From positions 8,682,001 through 8,746,000 of the forward strand of contig NC_086109.1 in assembly GCF_963921235.1 (NCBI RefSeq): 64,000 nucleotides of DNA, written 5' to 3'. Source of the DNA: Mobula hypostoma (lineage: Eukaryota). The notes under the pieces are model-generated. The model had not been told where the DNA came from and ran no database searches. It was given only the letters and a program-made list of their open reading frames with translations. The translations under genes and the position numbers were made by a program. Numbering within the stretch: the stretch's first letter is position 1; the number at the start of each line of letters is the position of its first letter. Below, piece after piece: positions 34,191 to 47,300 of the stretch.

Positions 34191-37100
34191 ATTACATTAA
34201 TTTAACTTATATTAAGTAATTTTATGTATTAATTTATTAGGGGACTGTACTGCTGCCACAAAACAACAAATCTCATAACGTGCAGTATGTCAGTGATGAT
34301 AAACCTGGTTCTGTGTCTATATGTTTCTTGGAACTGCTGGCAAGAACAAGCCTTTGCTCTTCCGACATCGGCCATGAGTCATCTCCCTGAGTCACCGCAG
34401 TCCTTCTAGTGAAGAATCAGTCTTCTCTGCATACCAACCATTGCTTCCTGTGGCCCTCACTGCTGACCGATGGCAGTGATCGGCGCAAAGATTGCACCCT
34501 GCTCCTCCGCTACTGTCTCTAGGTCAGGCTGAGAGGTTATTAACGCAAGAGATTCTGTGGATGCTGGAAGTCGACAGAAACACACACAAGATGCCGGAGG
34601 AACTCAACAGGTCAGGCAGCATCGAATGAGGGGAAAAACCAGTTGATGTTTCAGACCGAGATCCTTCAGAGGTACTTTGTCAGGAGACCTGATGAAGGTT
34701 CTTGGCTCAAAACATAGACTGTTTATTCCCCTCCACAGATGCTCCTCAACATCATTATCACTATGTGCCAAATGTTGTAGGACCTGGGCGATCATGGTCT
34801 TTGACCAGGAGAGTTCTTGGCAAATTTTTCTACAGAAGTGGTTTGCCATTGCCTTCTTCTGGGCAGTGACTTTACAAGATGGGTGACCCCAGCCATTATC
34901 AATACTCTTCAGAGATTGTCTGCCTGGCGTCAGTGGTCACATAACCAGGACTTGTGATGTGCACCGGACGCTCATACGACCGTCCACCACCTGCTCCCAT
35001 GATTTCACGCGACCCTGATCGGGGGCTAAGCAAGTGATGCACCTTGCCCTGCAGGCTAGCGGAGGCAAGGAGTGCATTACACCTCCTTTGGTAGGGATGC
35101 AAGTCCACCCTGCCACCCATAGAGGCTGTCTGACCTGAAAGTTCCTCAGGCTCAGCTGGGGTTTGAAATGGCCGTGGCCTGATAAGCTTTAGGGCAGGTT
35201 TTAGTTTTTATATCTGAGCAGATCTCTAGCGGGGGACTGAGGTGAGGGGAGAATTTCCAGCAAAGGGAAAATGCCCAGCTGGTCGGGCAGCGTCTGTGCA
35301 TTGAGAAGCAGAGGTGGTTAAAAGCACAAGAGATTCTGCAGATGCTGGAAATCCAGAGTAACACACAGAAAAAGCTGGAGGAACTCAGCAGGTCAGGCAG
35401 CATCTATGGAAGGGAGTAGAAAATTGACGTTTCAGGTTGAGACCCTTCTTCAGACTGGAACTGTTGCTAGCTACAATAGATGCTGCTTGGCCTGCTGAGT
35501 TCATCCTGCATTTTGTGTAGTTTTTCTCACAGAGGAGTCTCGGCCCAAAACGTTGACTGTTTATTCATTTCCATAGAGGCTGCCTGACCTGCTGAGTTCC
35601 TCTGGCATTTCTGTGTGCGTGATCTATCATGGTCAATTACGTTTTGTCAGATAAGAGTGATGGTTCAGGATGGTAATGGGTCTGATATAGAAGCAAACAT
35701 CGATCTGTAAGTGGAAATAGCAGATTTTCATATCTGAAGGCCTCGAACTCAGCATTGAGCCTAGAAGGCTGTCACTAACTAGCTAGAAGATGAAGCAACA
35801 AACACAAAACGCTGGAGGATCTCAGCAAGTCAGGCAGCATCAATGGAGTGGAATAAGCAGTGGACATTTCGGGCCAAGGCTCTTTGCCAGACTGTTTTGG
35901 TCATTGACACAAACGAAGCATTTCACTGTACGCTTCAATGTACACGTGACAAACAGATAAAAAATATCTTCCACCGTGGTTCTAGCCCATCAGTGTTCTT
36001 GTGGTTCCACCATTCTTTCACTGTAACCATTTATCAGGCATGTGAGCCAAGATTCCTGCTATGACTCTCCTATGAACGTCACCTTGACCAGAGAACATTA
36101 CAGCACAGGAACAGGTCCTTTGGCCCGTGACGTTCGGCCAAACAAAGTTAAGTAATGATACCTGGTTATTTCTGACCGCACAAGGTCTCTATCCCTCTAC
36201 TCTCTACATATTCATGTGCCTATCCAGGAGCCTCTGAGCCCATAAGACATAGAAGCAGAATTAGGCCACTCAGCCCATCGAGTCTGCTCTGCCATTCCAT
36301 CATGGCAGATTTATTATCCCACTCAACCCCATTCTCCTGCCTTCTCCCCATAAGCTTTGACGCTCTGACTAATCATGAAGCTCTCAACTCCATTTTAAAT
36401 ATACCCAATGACTTGGCCTCCAAAGCCGTCTGTGGCAATGAATTCCACTGATTAACCATCCTCTGGCTAAAGAAGTTCCTCCTAATCTCCATTCTAAATG
36501 GACGACCTTCTATTTCAAGGCCGTGCCATCTGGTCCTAGGCTCTTCCACTGTCGGAAACATCCTCTCTACATCCACTCTATCTAAGCTTTTCAATATTCA
36601 GAATCAAATTTAATATCACTGGCATATTGTCATGAAATACGTTGTTTCAATAGGTACATTTAATGTCAGAGAAATGTATGCAATATACGTCCTGAAATTC
36701 TTTTTCTTCACAACTGTTTTGTAGCAGCAGCACTGTGCAATAGATAATAAAACTATAAATTACAATATGAAATATGTATAAAATATTAAATTAAATAGTA
36801 ATGCAAAAAGAGAGCAATATTCAATAGATTTCAATGAGATCCTCCCTCATTCTTACAAATTCCAGAGAGTGCAGGGCCGGAGCCATCAAATACTCCTCGT
36901 ACATTAACCCTTTCATTCCTGGGGTCATTCTCGTGAACTGCCCCTGGACCCTCCCCAACTCCAGCATATCTTTTCTAAGATAAGGGGCCCAAAATCTGCT
37001 AACAATACCCCAACTGCAGTTTGACCAATAAATTCTCTGCATTCTTAAACGTGTCAAGTCCACAGCTCCCTGAAAGCAGCCAAGCAAATCAGTAGGGTGG

Positions 37101-38176
37101 TGAAGATTGACTTTATTAGTCAAGGCATTGAATTCAAGAGTCAGAAAGTTATGGTGCAACTTTATAAAACTCTAGTTAGGCCTAGATAGAATCACTTTCT
37201 ACAACTCATGTTCTCAGTATTATTTATTTACCTGGTTATTTATTATTATAACATGCTTCCGTTTGTATTTACACAATTTGTTGGTCTTTCTGTGTAATTT
37301 TTCACTGATTCTATTGTATTTGCTTGTGATATAATAGAACATAGGATAATACAGCACAGGAACAGGCCACTCAGCCCACACTGTTGTACCAAACCATCAA
37401 AAAATGTTGCGTAATTTATATTTATCTTTTTTCTTATGAAGGCTGCTTATCTGATGTTGCGCAATAATGATGCCAGTAAGTTTTTTGTTGCACCTTGCAC
37501 ACTTGTCTTTTATTTAAAACATAGAACACAGAACAGTAGAGCACAGGAACAGGCTCTTTTGTCCACAATGTTGTGCCAAAACAGCTAAAAAGTAAATTTT
37601 ATTAAAAACCAAAAACTAATCCCTCCTACCTGCACTATGTCCACATCCATCCATCTTCCTTACAACCATGCGCCTATCCAAAGGTCTTTTAAAAGCCGCT
37701 AATGTATTTGTCTTGACCACCATGCCAGACAGTGCGTTCCAGGCATCCACTACTCTCTAAGTAAAAAAACTTACCCCTCACATCCTCCTTGAACCTACAC
37801 CCTCTCATCTTCAACGCATCCCCTCTGATATTAGATATTTCAACTCTGAGAAAAAGATGCTCCCTATCTATTCTAGCTAGGCCTCTCATAATCTTGTAAA
37901 CCTCTATCAGAAATGTGTCTGTTGGTAAAAATGACCTCCCTAATTATAGGAACAAATTGGAGACGATGGAGAGGGTTCAGGAGAGGTTTATCAGATTTAT
38001 TAGAAGGCATGAGATGGGGAGAGGTTGGACAAACTGGGATTGCTTTTTTCTGGAGTGACAGAAGCTGAGGGGAGAACTAAGAGAATGAAAATCAGAATCA
38101 GGTTTAATATCACCAGCATATGTTGTAAAATCTGTTTACTTTCTGGCAGCAGTACATTGTGACTTACAGTAAGTAT

Positions 38177-38569
38177 TGTCATGTGTGAAGCCAAGCAGAG
38201 CTACCGGACGGATGATGCTAATGAGAGAGATAACGGAAGACAATGAAGAAACATTCAAAATGCTAATAAGAGAGAGGAGAGAGATTAATGAGAAAGAAGC
38301 ACAATTCAGATATTGACAGACCGTTTGCTTTGAGCCTGAACTGTTTGAAGTTTGATGGACAGGTGATACCCCAGAAGGGGGATAAAAAGAGCAGGTTTGC
38401 TAAGGCACGACACGCCAGGAGACCCTGGAAAGAGCAGTGTGCCCCCACAAGTTGGTGAGAGTTTGGAGGACCAGTTCACGGGAATTAGTCAGAGACTCAC
38501 AGGGTGTAAAGGTACGATCGGTGGGAACCTGGGGCGTGTGTCCGCCCTTGCCTGGGTGCCGGGTTCACT
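38177..38569 (+). mobile_element. Probable truncated LTR of a second LTR family
   Basis: Begins TGTCATG abruptly inside another repeat; GATAAAAA TATA-like box; no 3' CA end or partner found. Confidence 0.4.
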
Positions 38570-40167
38570 CTCCACAGACGCTGCCCAACCTGCTGAGTGT
38601 TCCCATCAATTTTTTCACCTGAGTTCTGTAATTTAGCTTTTGTTTAATTCCAATGCAAATTGTTTTAAATATTACACAGCCAGCTTCAGTGGCTAGAACC
38701 ACATAAACTTTGTGCTTTTGTCTCTCTGCTTACTTCCTGAAAGCCAATAACTACCTTGAATGCAACCATTTGTGACATTTACTGACATCTCTGGTGCTCA
38801 CTGACCTTCAGCTGGATTTTTGTACGATATCTGTAAATGTGTGTGCTCAATAATTTCCTTTCTTGTGTGCCAGCTGTGACTCTGCAGGTCTTTGACTCAG
38901 TGATTTGTGAGTTCAAGTCCCAGCTCAGAGACCTGAATACGGAACTTTTAAGTCAATACTCACCACAATACTTGGGGGGGCGGGGGAATGCACTGCACTA
39001 TCAGAGATGCCCCCTTTTGTGTGGGACCTCAAAAGGAAACACTGTCACCTATCCCTGCACCTCATTACTCCTGCTATGCCCAGATTTCCTACTTTACTAC
39101 CATGGTAACAATTCAAAGGTGTTCATAGAATCATAAGAGCACAACGATACTGAAACAGTCCATTTGGCCCATCTAATATGAAGACCTAGCCCTCTGCCTA
39201 GTTCCACCTGCCTGCACTCCACACCCCTCTCATCCAAATGTCTCTTAAACGCTGCAATTGAACCCTCATCCACCACCTTCACTGGCAGCTCGTTCCACAC
39301 TCTCGCCACCCTCTGAGTGAAGAACTTTCCCCCTCAGATTCCCCTTAAATATTTCACCTTTCACCCCAAACCTATAACTTCTAGTTCTATCTATGGGGAA
39401 GAAAAAGTCTTCATGCACTCATCCTATTGTTTGTTCGTTATGTGCCATGTTGTATTGCATTGGAGATCATGGTCTTTCCATGACCGTGATTGTCCTTGGC
39501 TAATTTTCCTACAGAAGTGGTTTGCCATTACCTTCATCTGGGCAGTGTCTTTACAAGACGGGTGACCCCAGCCATTATCAGTACTCTTCAGAGATTGTCT
39601 GCCTGGTGTCAGCTGTCGCATAACCAGGACTTGTGATGTGCACCAGCTGCTCATACGACCATCCACCACCTGCTCCCATGGCTTCATGTGACCCTGATCG
39701 AGGGCTAAACAGGTGCTACACCTTGCCCAAGGGTGACCTGCAGGCTAGTGGAGGGAAGAAGCATCCTACAATTCCTTTGGTAGAGACATATCTCCACCCC
39801 ACCATCCTAACCCTATCTATACCCCTCATAATTTTGTATACCTCTATAAGATTTCCCTTCATTCTCCTGCACTCCAGGGAATAACATCCTAACCTATTCA
39901 ATGTTTCCCTATAATTCTGGTGCCTTATTCCTATATCCCATGTTCCCCTAAATAAATTTTGTACCACCCACCCCCTGCAGAAATCAACCAACCTGAATCT
40001 AAAATCATATTCTTTTGAAGGATCTTATGAGAATATTTACAATGCAATGCATAATAAAGAAAAGTTAAAAGGGCATTTTAGTAAAATCTACATTAGTTTT
40101 ACCTTATGTTTGCTCACTGAGTTATACAATCAAAGTTCAAAGTACATTTATTATCAAAGTATGTATA

Positions 40168-40574
40168 CAGTACTGTGCAAAAGTCTCAGGCAACCTAGAT
40201 TTTTTACATGGTTTCAGATAGTTTGGCCTCCACTTAGCCCTGATCTCAACATCATCGGGGCTCTCTGAGATTACCTGGAGAGACAGAAGCAAGCGAGACA
40301 GCCAAAGTCTTTCAGAAGAACTGTGGCAAATTCTCCAAGTTGCATGGAACGACCTACTAGCCAATTTTCTTATAAAACTGCATGACTGTGTATCTAAGAG
40401 AACTGATGCAGTTTTAAAGGCAAAAGTTAGTCACACCAAATATTGATTTTACTGTTCACTGCTCTTTACAGTAATTATCTTGATATTAAGAAACTTTTCA
40501 TTTCATTCATTTTGAAAGCACCTTTGCTTTACAGAAGCTTTTTACTTGTGCCTAAGACTTTTGAAACAGTACTG
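40168..40574 (+). mobile_element. Tc1 deletion derivative retaining transposase C-terminus; tiny related MITE at ~31850-31928
   Basis: TA-flanked TIRs CAGTACTGTGCAAAAGTCT / AGACTTTTGAAACAGTACTG; WPPLSPDLNII motif. Confidence 0.85.
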
Positions 40575-41220
40575 TACAAGCTTGAGATTCATCGCCTTAC
40601 AGGCAGCCACAAAACAAAGAAACCCAGTAGAACCCACTGAAAAAGAAGACAATCTAACACCCAATGAGCAGTGAAAACAAAACAAACAAATCAAAAACAA
40701 AACCAAACTCAGTGGCCACTTCATTAGATATACCTGCATGCCTGCTCGTTAATGCAAATGTCTAATCAGCCAATCATGAGGCAGCAACTCAATATGCATG
40801 AAAACATGCGGACATGGCCAAGAGGTTCAGTTACTGTTCAGAAGAAAGATCAGAATGGGGAAGAAATGTGATCTAAGTGACTTTGACCATGGAATGATTG
40901 TTTTTGCCAGACAGGGTGATTTGAGTAAATCAGAAACTGCTGATCTCCTGGGATTCAGTCTGTAATTTTACAAAGAATGGTGTGAAAAACTAACAACATC
41001 CAGTGAGCAGCAGTTCTGAGGGTGAAAATGCCTTGTTAATGAGAGAGATCAGTGGATAATGGCCAGACTGGTTCAAGCTGACAGGAAGGCGACAGTAATT
41101 CAGATAACCACACGTTACAACAGTGGTGTGCAGAAGAGCATCTTTGAACGTACAACATGTCAAACTTTGAAGTGGATGAAGTGCTTCAGCAGAAGACCAC
41201 GAAAATACACTCAGTGGCCA

Positions 41221-41860
41221 CAGTAATGCTCAAAGCAGCTGCGCAGGTTGACTCTGTGGTTAAGAAGGCATACGGTGTATTGGCCTTCATCAATCGTGGA
41301 ATTGAATTTAGGAGCTGAGAGGTAACGTTGCAGCTCTATAGGACCCTGGTCACCTCACTGCAGGAAGGATGTGGAAGCCATAGAAAGGGTGCAGAGGAGA
41401 TTTACAAGGATGTTGCCTGGATTGGGGAGCATGCCTTATGAAAACAGGTTGAGTGAACTTGGCCTTTTTTCCTTGGAGCAACGGAGGATGAGAGGTGACC
41501 TGATAGAGGTGTATAAGATGATGAGAGGCATCGATCGTGTGGATAGTCAGAGGCTTTTTTCCCAGGGCTGAAATGGTTGCCACAAGAGGGTACGGGTTTA
41601 AGGTGCTGGGGAGTAGGTACAGAGATGTCAGGGGTAAGTTTTTTACTCAGAAAGTGCTGAGTGCTTGGAATGGGCTGCCGGCAATGGTGATGGAGGTGGA
41701 TACGATCGGGTCTTTTAAGAGACTTTTGGATAGGTACATGGAGCTTAGAAAAATAGAGGGCTATGGGTAAGCCTAGTAATTTCTAAGCTAGGGACATGTT
41801 CGGCACAACTTTGTGGGCCGAGGGGCCTGTATTCCGTTGTCGTTTTCTATGTTTCTATGT
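41221..41860 (+). mobile_element. CR1 3' fragment
   Basis: EAIERVQRRFTRMLPGLGSMPYENRLSELGLFSLEQRRMRGDLIEVYK; (TTTCTATG)n tail. Confidence 0.9.
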
Positions 41861-41897
41861 TTCTTTATTAAATACACCTATACATCTACTCATTAAT

Positions 41898-42303
41898 CGT
41901 CGTGGCTATCCCTTGAGGTTGAAGATGATGGTCTTCATTCCGTACAGAGTGAAGACACCTGTACATGTATTTGTTTAACGTGTACTTGATGTCGCACTCC
42001 AAGAAGCACACGATACTTCACAAATCAACCAACTGATTCCAGTGACATGGAAACCATGACGATTGGAGCTGATGGATTTGTTGCAGTCTTCATCCGCCTT
42101 CACAGCCATTGAGACTGAATTAACTTCGTCCGCCTGTTCCACCGTTGAGGTCTTGGTTGGATTGTTCTTTGTCAGGGACCTCACCCTCGACCTTACTGCC
42201 ATGGGTGACCCTACCAGGAGCATAGCTCCAGACGGCCTTGTTCTCGGGATCACAGGACCACACAAGCTTCTCCACCGCGACAAGGTGACAATCCACAGAG
42301 AAG
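41898..42303 (-). mobile_element. Bipartite non-autonomous RTE element (BovB/Expander-like 5' UTR joined to RTE 3' tail)
   Basis: 12-bp TSD CTACTCATTAAT at 41886-41897 and 42304-42315; 3' end ACCATCATCTTCAACCTCAAGGGATAGCCACGACG. Confidence 0.8.
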
Positions 42304-43729
42304 CTACTCATTAATGGAAATATTTAATCAGCCAATCACGTGGCAGCAACACAATCCATAAAAGCATGCAGACATGGTCAGGAGGTTCAGCCATTGTTCA
42401 GATCAAACATCAGAATGGGGTAAGAAATGTGATCTAAGTGACTTTGACCATGGAATGACTGTTGGTGCCAGACAGGGTGATTTGAATATGTTAGAAACTG
42501 CCGATCTCCCGGGATTCAGTCTCTAGTAAGGTTTGAAAAATAAAAAGCAGCCAAGTGAGCGGTGTTTCTGTGGGCGAAAACACCTTGTTGATGAGAGAGG
42601 TCAGAGGAGAATGGCCAGACAGGAAGTTGACAGTAACTCAACTAACCATACGTTACAACAGCGGTGTGCAGAAGAGCATCTCTGAATGCACAACCAACAT
42701 GTCGAGCCTTGATGTGGATGGGCTACAGCAGCAGAAGACCACAAACATACACTCAGTGGCCACTTTAAGCTGCAAGAGGTACCTAATAAGGTGGCCTCTG
42801 AGTGTGTATTTCTTTTATCTTATTGCTTGCTAACCAAGTGACATTGCCGCTTGAGGTATCAAGAACAATAAATTAACGGTGGTAATAAATGATCAATCTC
42901 CACTTTCAGTTTTCTTGCAAATTTTTGATCTTATCATTTTCTTCTGCAGATGTTAACAGGGTTCGGGCAGAGGCAGATTAGTTCAAGTTCGTTCTGCATT
43001 GACAAACCTCTCCTATCGAACAGTAAACAAAATGTTGATTGAACCGCATTTATTTCTGAATACTCTGCCCTGCCGGTGGAGCAGCAGAGATTTCCTGGCG
43101 TTATGCACGAATCAGACCTCTACTTCCTCCCACCCACACACCCAAGCATTTCACCCCCACCCACACAGACAAACACACCTCCACGCTACGAGGATGCAAC
43201 CCACCTATGTGGTTTGAGAATATGCCTGATCAGTCGAAGCACTAGCAACCCCGTTCAGTTGCTGGAGCAGATCGAGGCCGGCCGCCGAACGGCGATCCGT
43301 GCGGGGGTCAGGCTTTGCGGACTCTCTCCTTCGTTTGCACCTGTTCCAAACGTGCGACCTGGTGCAATGGGCGAAGGCGTTCGCTGCAAACGAGCGTGGG
43401 AAATCTTGAGAGTGATTCTAACGAGTCGGAGTTGTGCTTCCAGTGGTGAGGTTTGGTCCGGTTTATTATCGTGTGCACAAACTCGGGGAAGTATAGACAC
43501 AATGAAAATGCCTGAAAGAGGCGGCATCCATCATGAAGAACCCCCCACCATCCAGGACTTTACTACCATCAGAGAGGAGAGACGGGAGCCTAAAGACATA
43601 CAGTCTACAGCTTAGGAACAGGTTCTTCCCTCTGCCGCCAGCTATCTGAACGGACAATGAATCCATGAACACTGCCTCACTATTTTTGCTCCCTTCTTGC
43701 ACTATTTATGTCCATACTTAAAGCCGTTG

Positions 43730-44005
43730 CACTGGGTCATTTCCCCTCTCTCGACCCCAGTGATACAAACAAGCCGGATTCTTCCTTGGTTGCAGTGGGC
43801 AGCCGCGACTTCTGCGCCTTGGCATCCTCTTCGCCCTCCGCGGCGCGCTGCAGAGCCACAGTCCTGGCCGACGGATCCCACTGTAGATCTTGTCTGCCCG
43901 GTCTGCTGCAGCAAACTTCGCATGCCGGGACAGGTACGTCTCTGTTTTACCGGGGTATGAGGCCACTGGCTACCCCTCACCAGGTTTAGCCCATCTGTTG
44001 AGGAA
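43730..44005 (-). mobile_element. RTE-like 5' UTR-derived fragment
   Basis: GGGCTAAACCTGGTGAGGGGTAGCC resembles GGGCTTGCCTGGTGAGGAGGGTGGC in the 56362-56787 element. Confidence 0.45.
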
Positions 44006-44019
44006 GTGCTGAGCGCTGC

Positions 44020-44040
44020 ATATATTTATTTATATGTATA

Positions 44041-44104
<64 letters not shown>

Positions 44105-44122
44105 TATATATATATATATACA
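44020..44122. repeat. Compound (TG)n(TA)n(CA)n(TA)n microsatellite
   Basis: Direct inspection. Confidence 0.95.
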
Positions 44123-44332
44123 GAAAACACCGAGAATATAAATTATGTATTAAATTGGACCATACAGTGAAAAATTTAAAAATAAATACAGTGCAAACAC
44201 AATATTTTCATGCAGCTAAAAACAAAAAAAAACGAAGACAAACAAAGGCGAGGCCTTGGCAACGCAAGAGGTGGTTCCATTACTCAGGTAGGGTTTGGGT
44301 TGTGCAGATTGGTTCAAGAAACCGGTTTTTGT

Positions 44333-44368
44333 GTCCTGAAGAAGGGCCTCGGCCCGAAACGTCGACTG
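44333..44368 (+). ncRNA. Minimal type I hammerhead ribozyme motif with intact core (Penelope-associated)
   Basis: GTC CTGAAGA A GGGCC TC GGCCC GAAAC GTC GAC: CUGANGA and GAAA cores, stem II GGGCC/GGCCC, GUC site, stem I GTC/GAC. Confidence 0.7.
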
Positions 44369-47300
44369 TTTATTCATCTCCATAGATGCTGCCCGACCTG
44401 CTGAGTCCCTCCGGCGTTTTGTGTGCGTTCCTCGAGAAACTGACGGTTGCAGGAAAGTCATAACCGCAAGAGATTCTGCGGATGCTGGAAATCCGGAGGT
44501 TCACGCCCAAAATGCCCGAGGAACTCAGCAGGTCGGGCAGTATTTGTGGAGAGAAATAAACAGAATCGGAACCAGGTTTGATATCATGGCATATGCCATG
44601 AAATCCGGCTTTTTTGTGGCAGCAGGACAGTGCAAGACATAAAAACACAGTGTACGATAAATTATAATAAATACATATATATAAGTAATGAAAAAATTGT
44701 GAGGCAATGTTCATAGATTCAATGTCCAATCAGAAGTCCAATGGCAGAAGGGAAGAAGCTGTTCCTAAACAGTCGATATTTTTGCCCCAAACTGTTTATT
44801 CCCCTCCACAGATGCTGCCTGGCTGGCCGAGCTCCTCCAGCATTTTGTGTGTGTGTTGTGGGAAAGTAGCTGTTCCTGCACATACAGACGTGTAAAACTA
44901 AAAAAAAATCAGCAAGAATTGGTCCTTCGCAGAGAGATTATATTCAGCAGTAAGGAAATGGCTGAGAAGTGAAACAAACTTTACAGCCATAGAATCATAA
45001 AGCAGAGAGCGAGGCCCTTTGGCCCTGCATGCCTATACTGACTCCCTATACAATCCCATTTACAAGCCCTTTATTCTGCAGCCCCTGGTACCATGGCAGT
45101 TCAGGCAGAGCTTCAGGGATTTCTTAAATATTGTGAGAATACCTGCCTCCATCTGGTAAAATGGTAAATTGGTTTATTATTGTTTTATTTTATTTAGAGG
45201 TCCAGCACAGTAACAGGTCCTTTCAGTCTAGCACTGCCGAATTATACTCATGTGACCAATAACCTATGTGTTTGGAATGTGGGAGGAAACCAGAACACCT
45301 GGAGGAAACCTCCAGAGTCATGAGGAGAATGTACAAGCTCCTTACAGAGAGCCGCAGAATTGAACCGGGGTTGCTGGGACCATAATAAGCGTTACGCTAA
45401 CCACCGCGCAACCGTCACATCCAACACCCCCGCACCCAGCTATCATTTTGTCACACGGTAGTACAAGAGAAAACAGTAACAGAATGCAGAATAAAGTGTT
45501 ACAGTTGCAGAGAAAGTGCAGTGTAGGCAAACAACAAGGTGCAAGACTATAACGAGGTTGATTTTATCGTACAAGTTGACAGTTCAATCGTGTTTTTTTA
45601 CAGGGGAATAGAAGCTGTCCTTGAGCCTGGTGGGACGTGCTTTCGGGCTTTTGTGTCCTCTTCCCGACGGGAGACGGGAGACGGGAGAAGAGATAACGTC
45701 CAGGGATGCTCACACGACCATCCGCCACCGGCTCCCGTGGCTTCACATGACCCTGATCGGGGGGCGAAGCAGGTGCCGCACCTCGCCCAAGGGTGACCTG
45801 CAGGCTGGCAGAGGAGAGGAGCACCTGACACCTCCTTTGGTAGAGACGTATCTCCACCTCACCACCCGAAAAAAAAATTAAGTAAGTTGTGCAAAAAATG
45901 AGGTAATGTTCATGGGTTTATGGATCGTTCAGACATCTGATGGCAGAGGGGAAGAAGCTGTTCCTGAATTGTTGAATGTGGGTCTTCAAGGTCCTGTACA
46001 TCCCCTTCGATTGTAATAACGAGAAGAGGGCATGGGCGTTGTGAAATTTGTTGTTTTGTGGCTTCAGTACATTACAAACATTAAAAATTACTGTAAGTTA
46101 CAGTAACAAGTATAAAAATTAACTCATCAGCATCATTACATTCCCCATCATATCACATCATCATTATGTGCTGTGTTGTATGACATCATCGTAATGGGCC
46201 ATGTCACATGACGTGGGCGATCTTGGTCTATCCGTGACCATGATTGTTCCTGGCAATTTTTTTCTACAGAAGTGAATTGCCGTTGCCTTCTTCTGGGCAG
46301 TGTCTTTACAAGAGTAATAACTCCAGATATTATCAATACTTTTCAGAGATTGTCTACCTGGTGGTCACATAACCAGGACTTGTGATCTGCACCAGCTGCT
46401 CATATGATCATCCACCACCTGATCCCATGGCTTCACATAACCATGATCGGGGAGCTAAGCAGGTGCTCCACCTTGCCCAAGGGTGACCTGCAGGCTAGCG
46501 GAGGGAAGGAACGCCTTACACTTTCTTTGGTAGAGATGTATCTCCACCCCGACACCCGGAAATAAATTAATTAATAGTGGGAAAAAAATGAGCTCTGTTT
46601 GTGGGTTTATGGATCGTTCAGAAATCTGATGGTAGAGGGAAAGAAGCTGTTCCTGAATCATTGAATGTAGGTCTTCAAGGTCCTGTGCCTCCCCCTTGAT
46701 TGTAATAACGAGAAGAGGGCATGTCATGGACGGTGAGGGTCCGTAATGATGGATGCTGACTTCCTGAGGTACCAATTCTTGAACTGTTGACTTGGAATCA
46801 GAATCAGGTGTATCATCACTGACATACGTCATGAAATATATTGAGTGTGGGTCTTCAGGCTCCTGTACCTCATCCTTCATTGTAACAATGAGAAGAGGGC
46901 ATGTCATGGATGATCAGGGTCCTTAAAAATAAATGAAACACGATTTTTACAATATGAAAACACAACTGAAGAAAAGGCTCAGAGATCCCACTTCGCATGT
47001 TGAACATAAATGTTGAGTATTTTTCTCAGTGAGATCGGGGAAATGATGTGGTTGGTAAAGGAGGTTGACAGTGCACACACACGAGCCTGTGAAGAGCACA
47101 GAGGAACAGAGGCCGTTTCGGTAGGCAAGTGGAGTGTTGATCTTTGTTAACAGAGTTAAGCTGCCTTACTGACATGATAGGCGACTGCTTTGGGACCATA
47201 TCTGGAGTATTGCGCACAGTTCTGATCTCCAAAGGATGGCTTTGATACAGAGCAGGGATTCCCTATCCGTAGTCCATGGACCCCTCAGGTTTCCGGCATC

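Larger units (their letters stand above)
40707..42805 (+). mobile_element. Head-to-tail dimer of the Tc1-like non-autonomous element with nested CR1 and RTE insertions
   Basis: Two full bodies (40707-41220; 41861-41897 plus 42304-42805) sharing one CACTCAGTGGCCA junction. Confidence 0.75.

Noticed and set aside
34850..35118. HDV-like ribozyme in the GGGTGGCAGGGTGG-headed RTE-related family
   Set aside because: P1-like (GGGTGGC/GTCACCC) and P2-like pairings can be drawn, but no P3/L3 fits in the required order.
43076..43615. 179-aa ORF as a host gene
   Set aside because: Non-ATG start, no recognisable domain, and its 3' end runs into a Rex1-type repeat.
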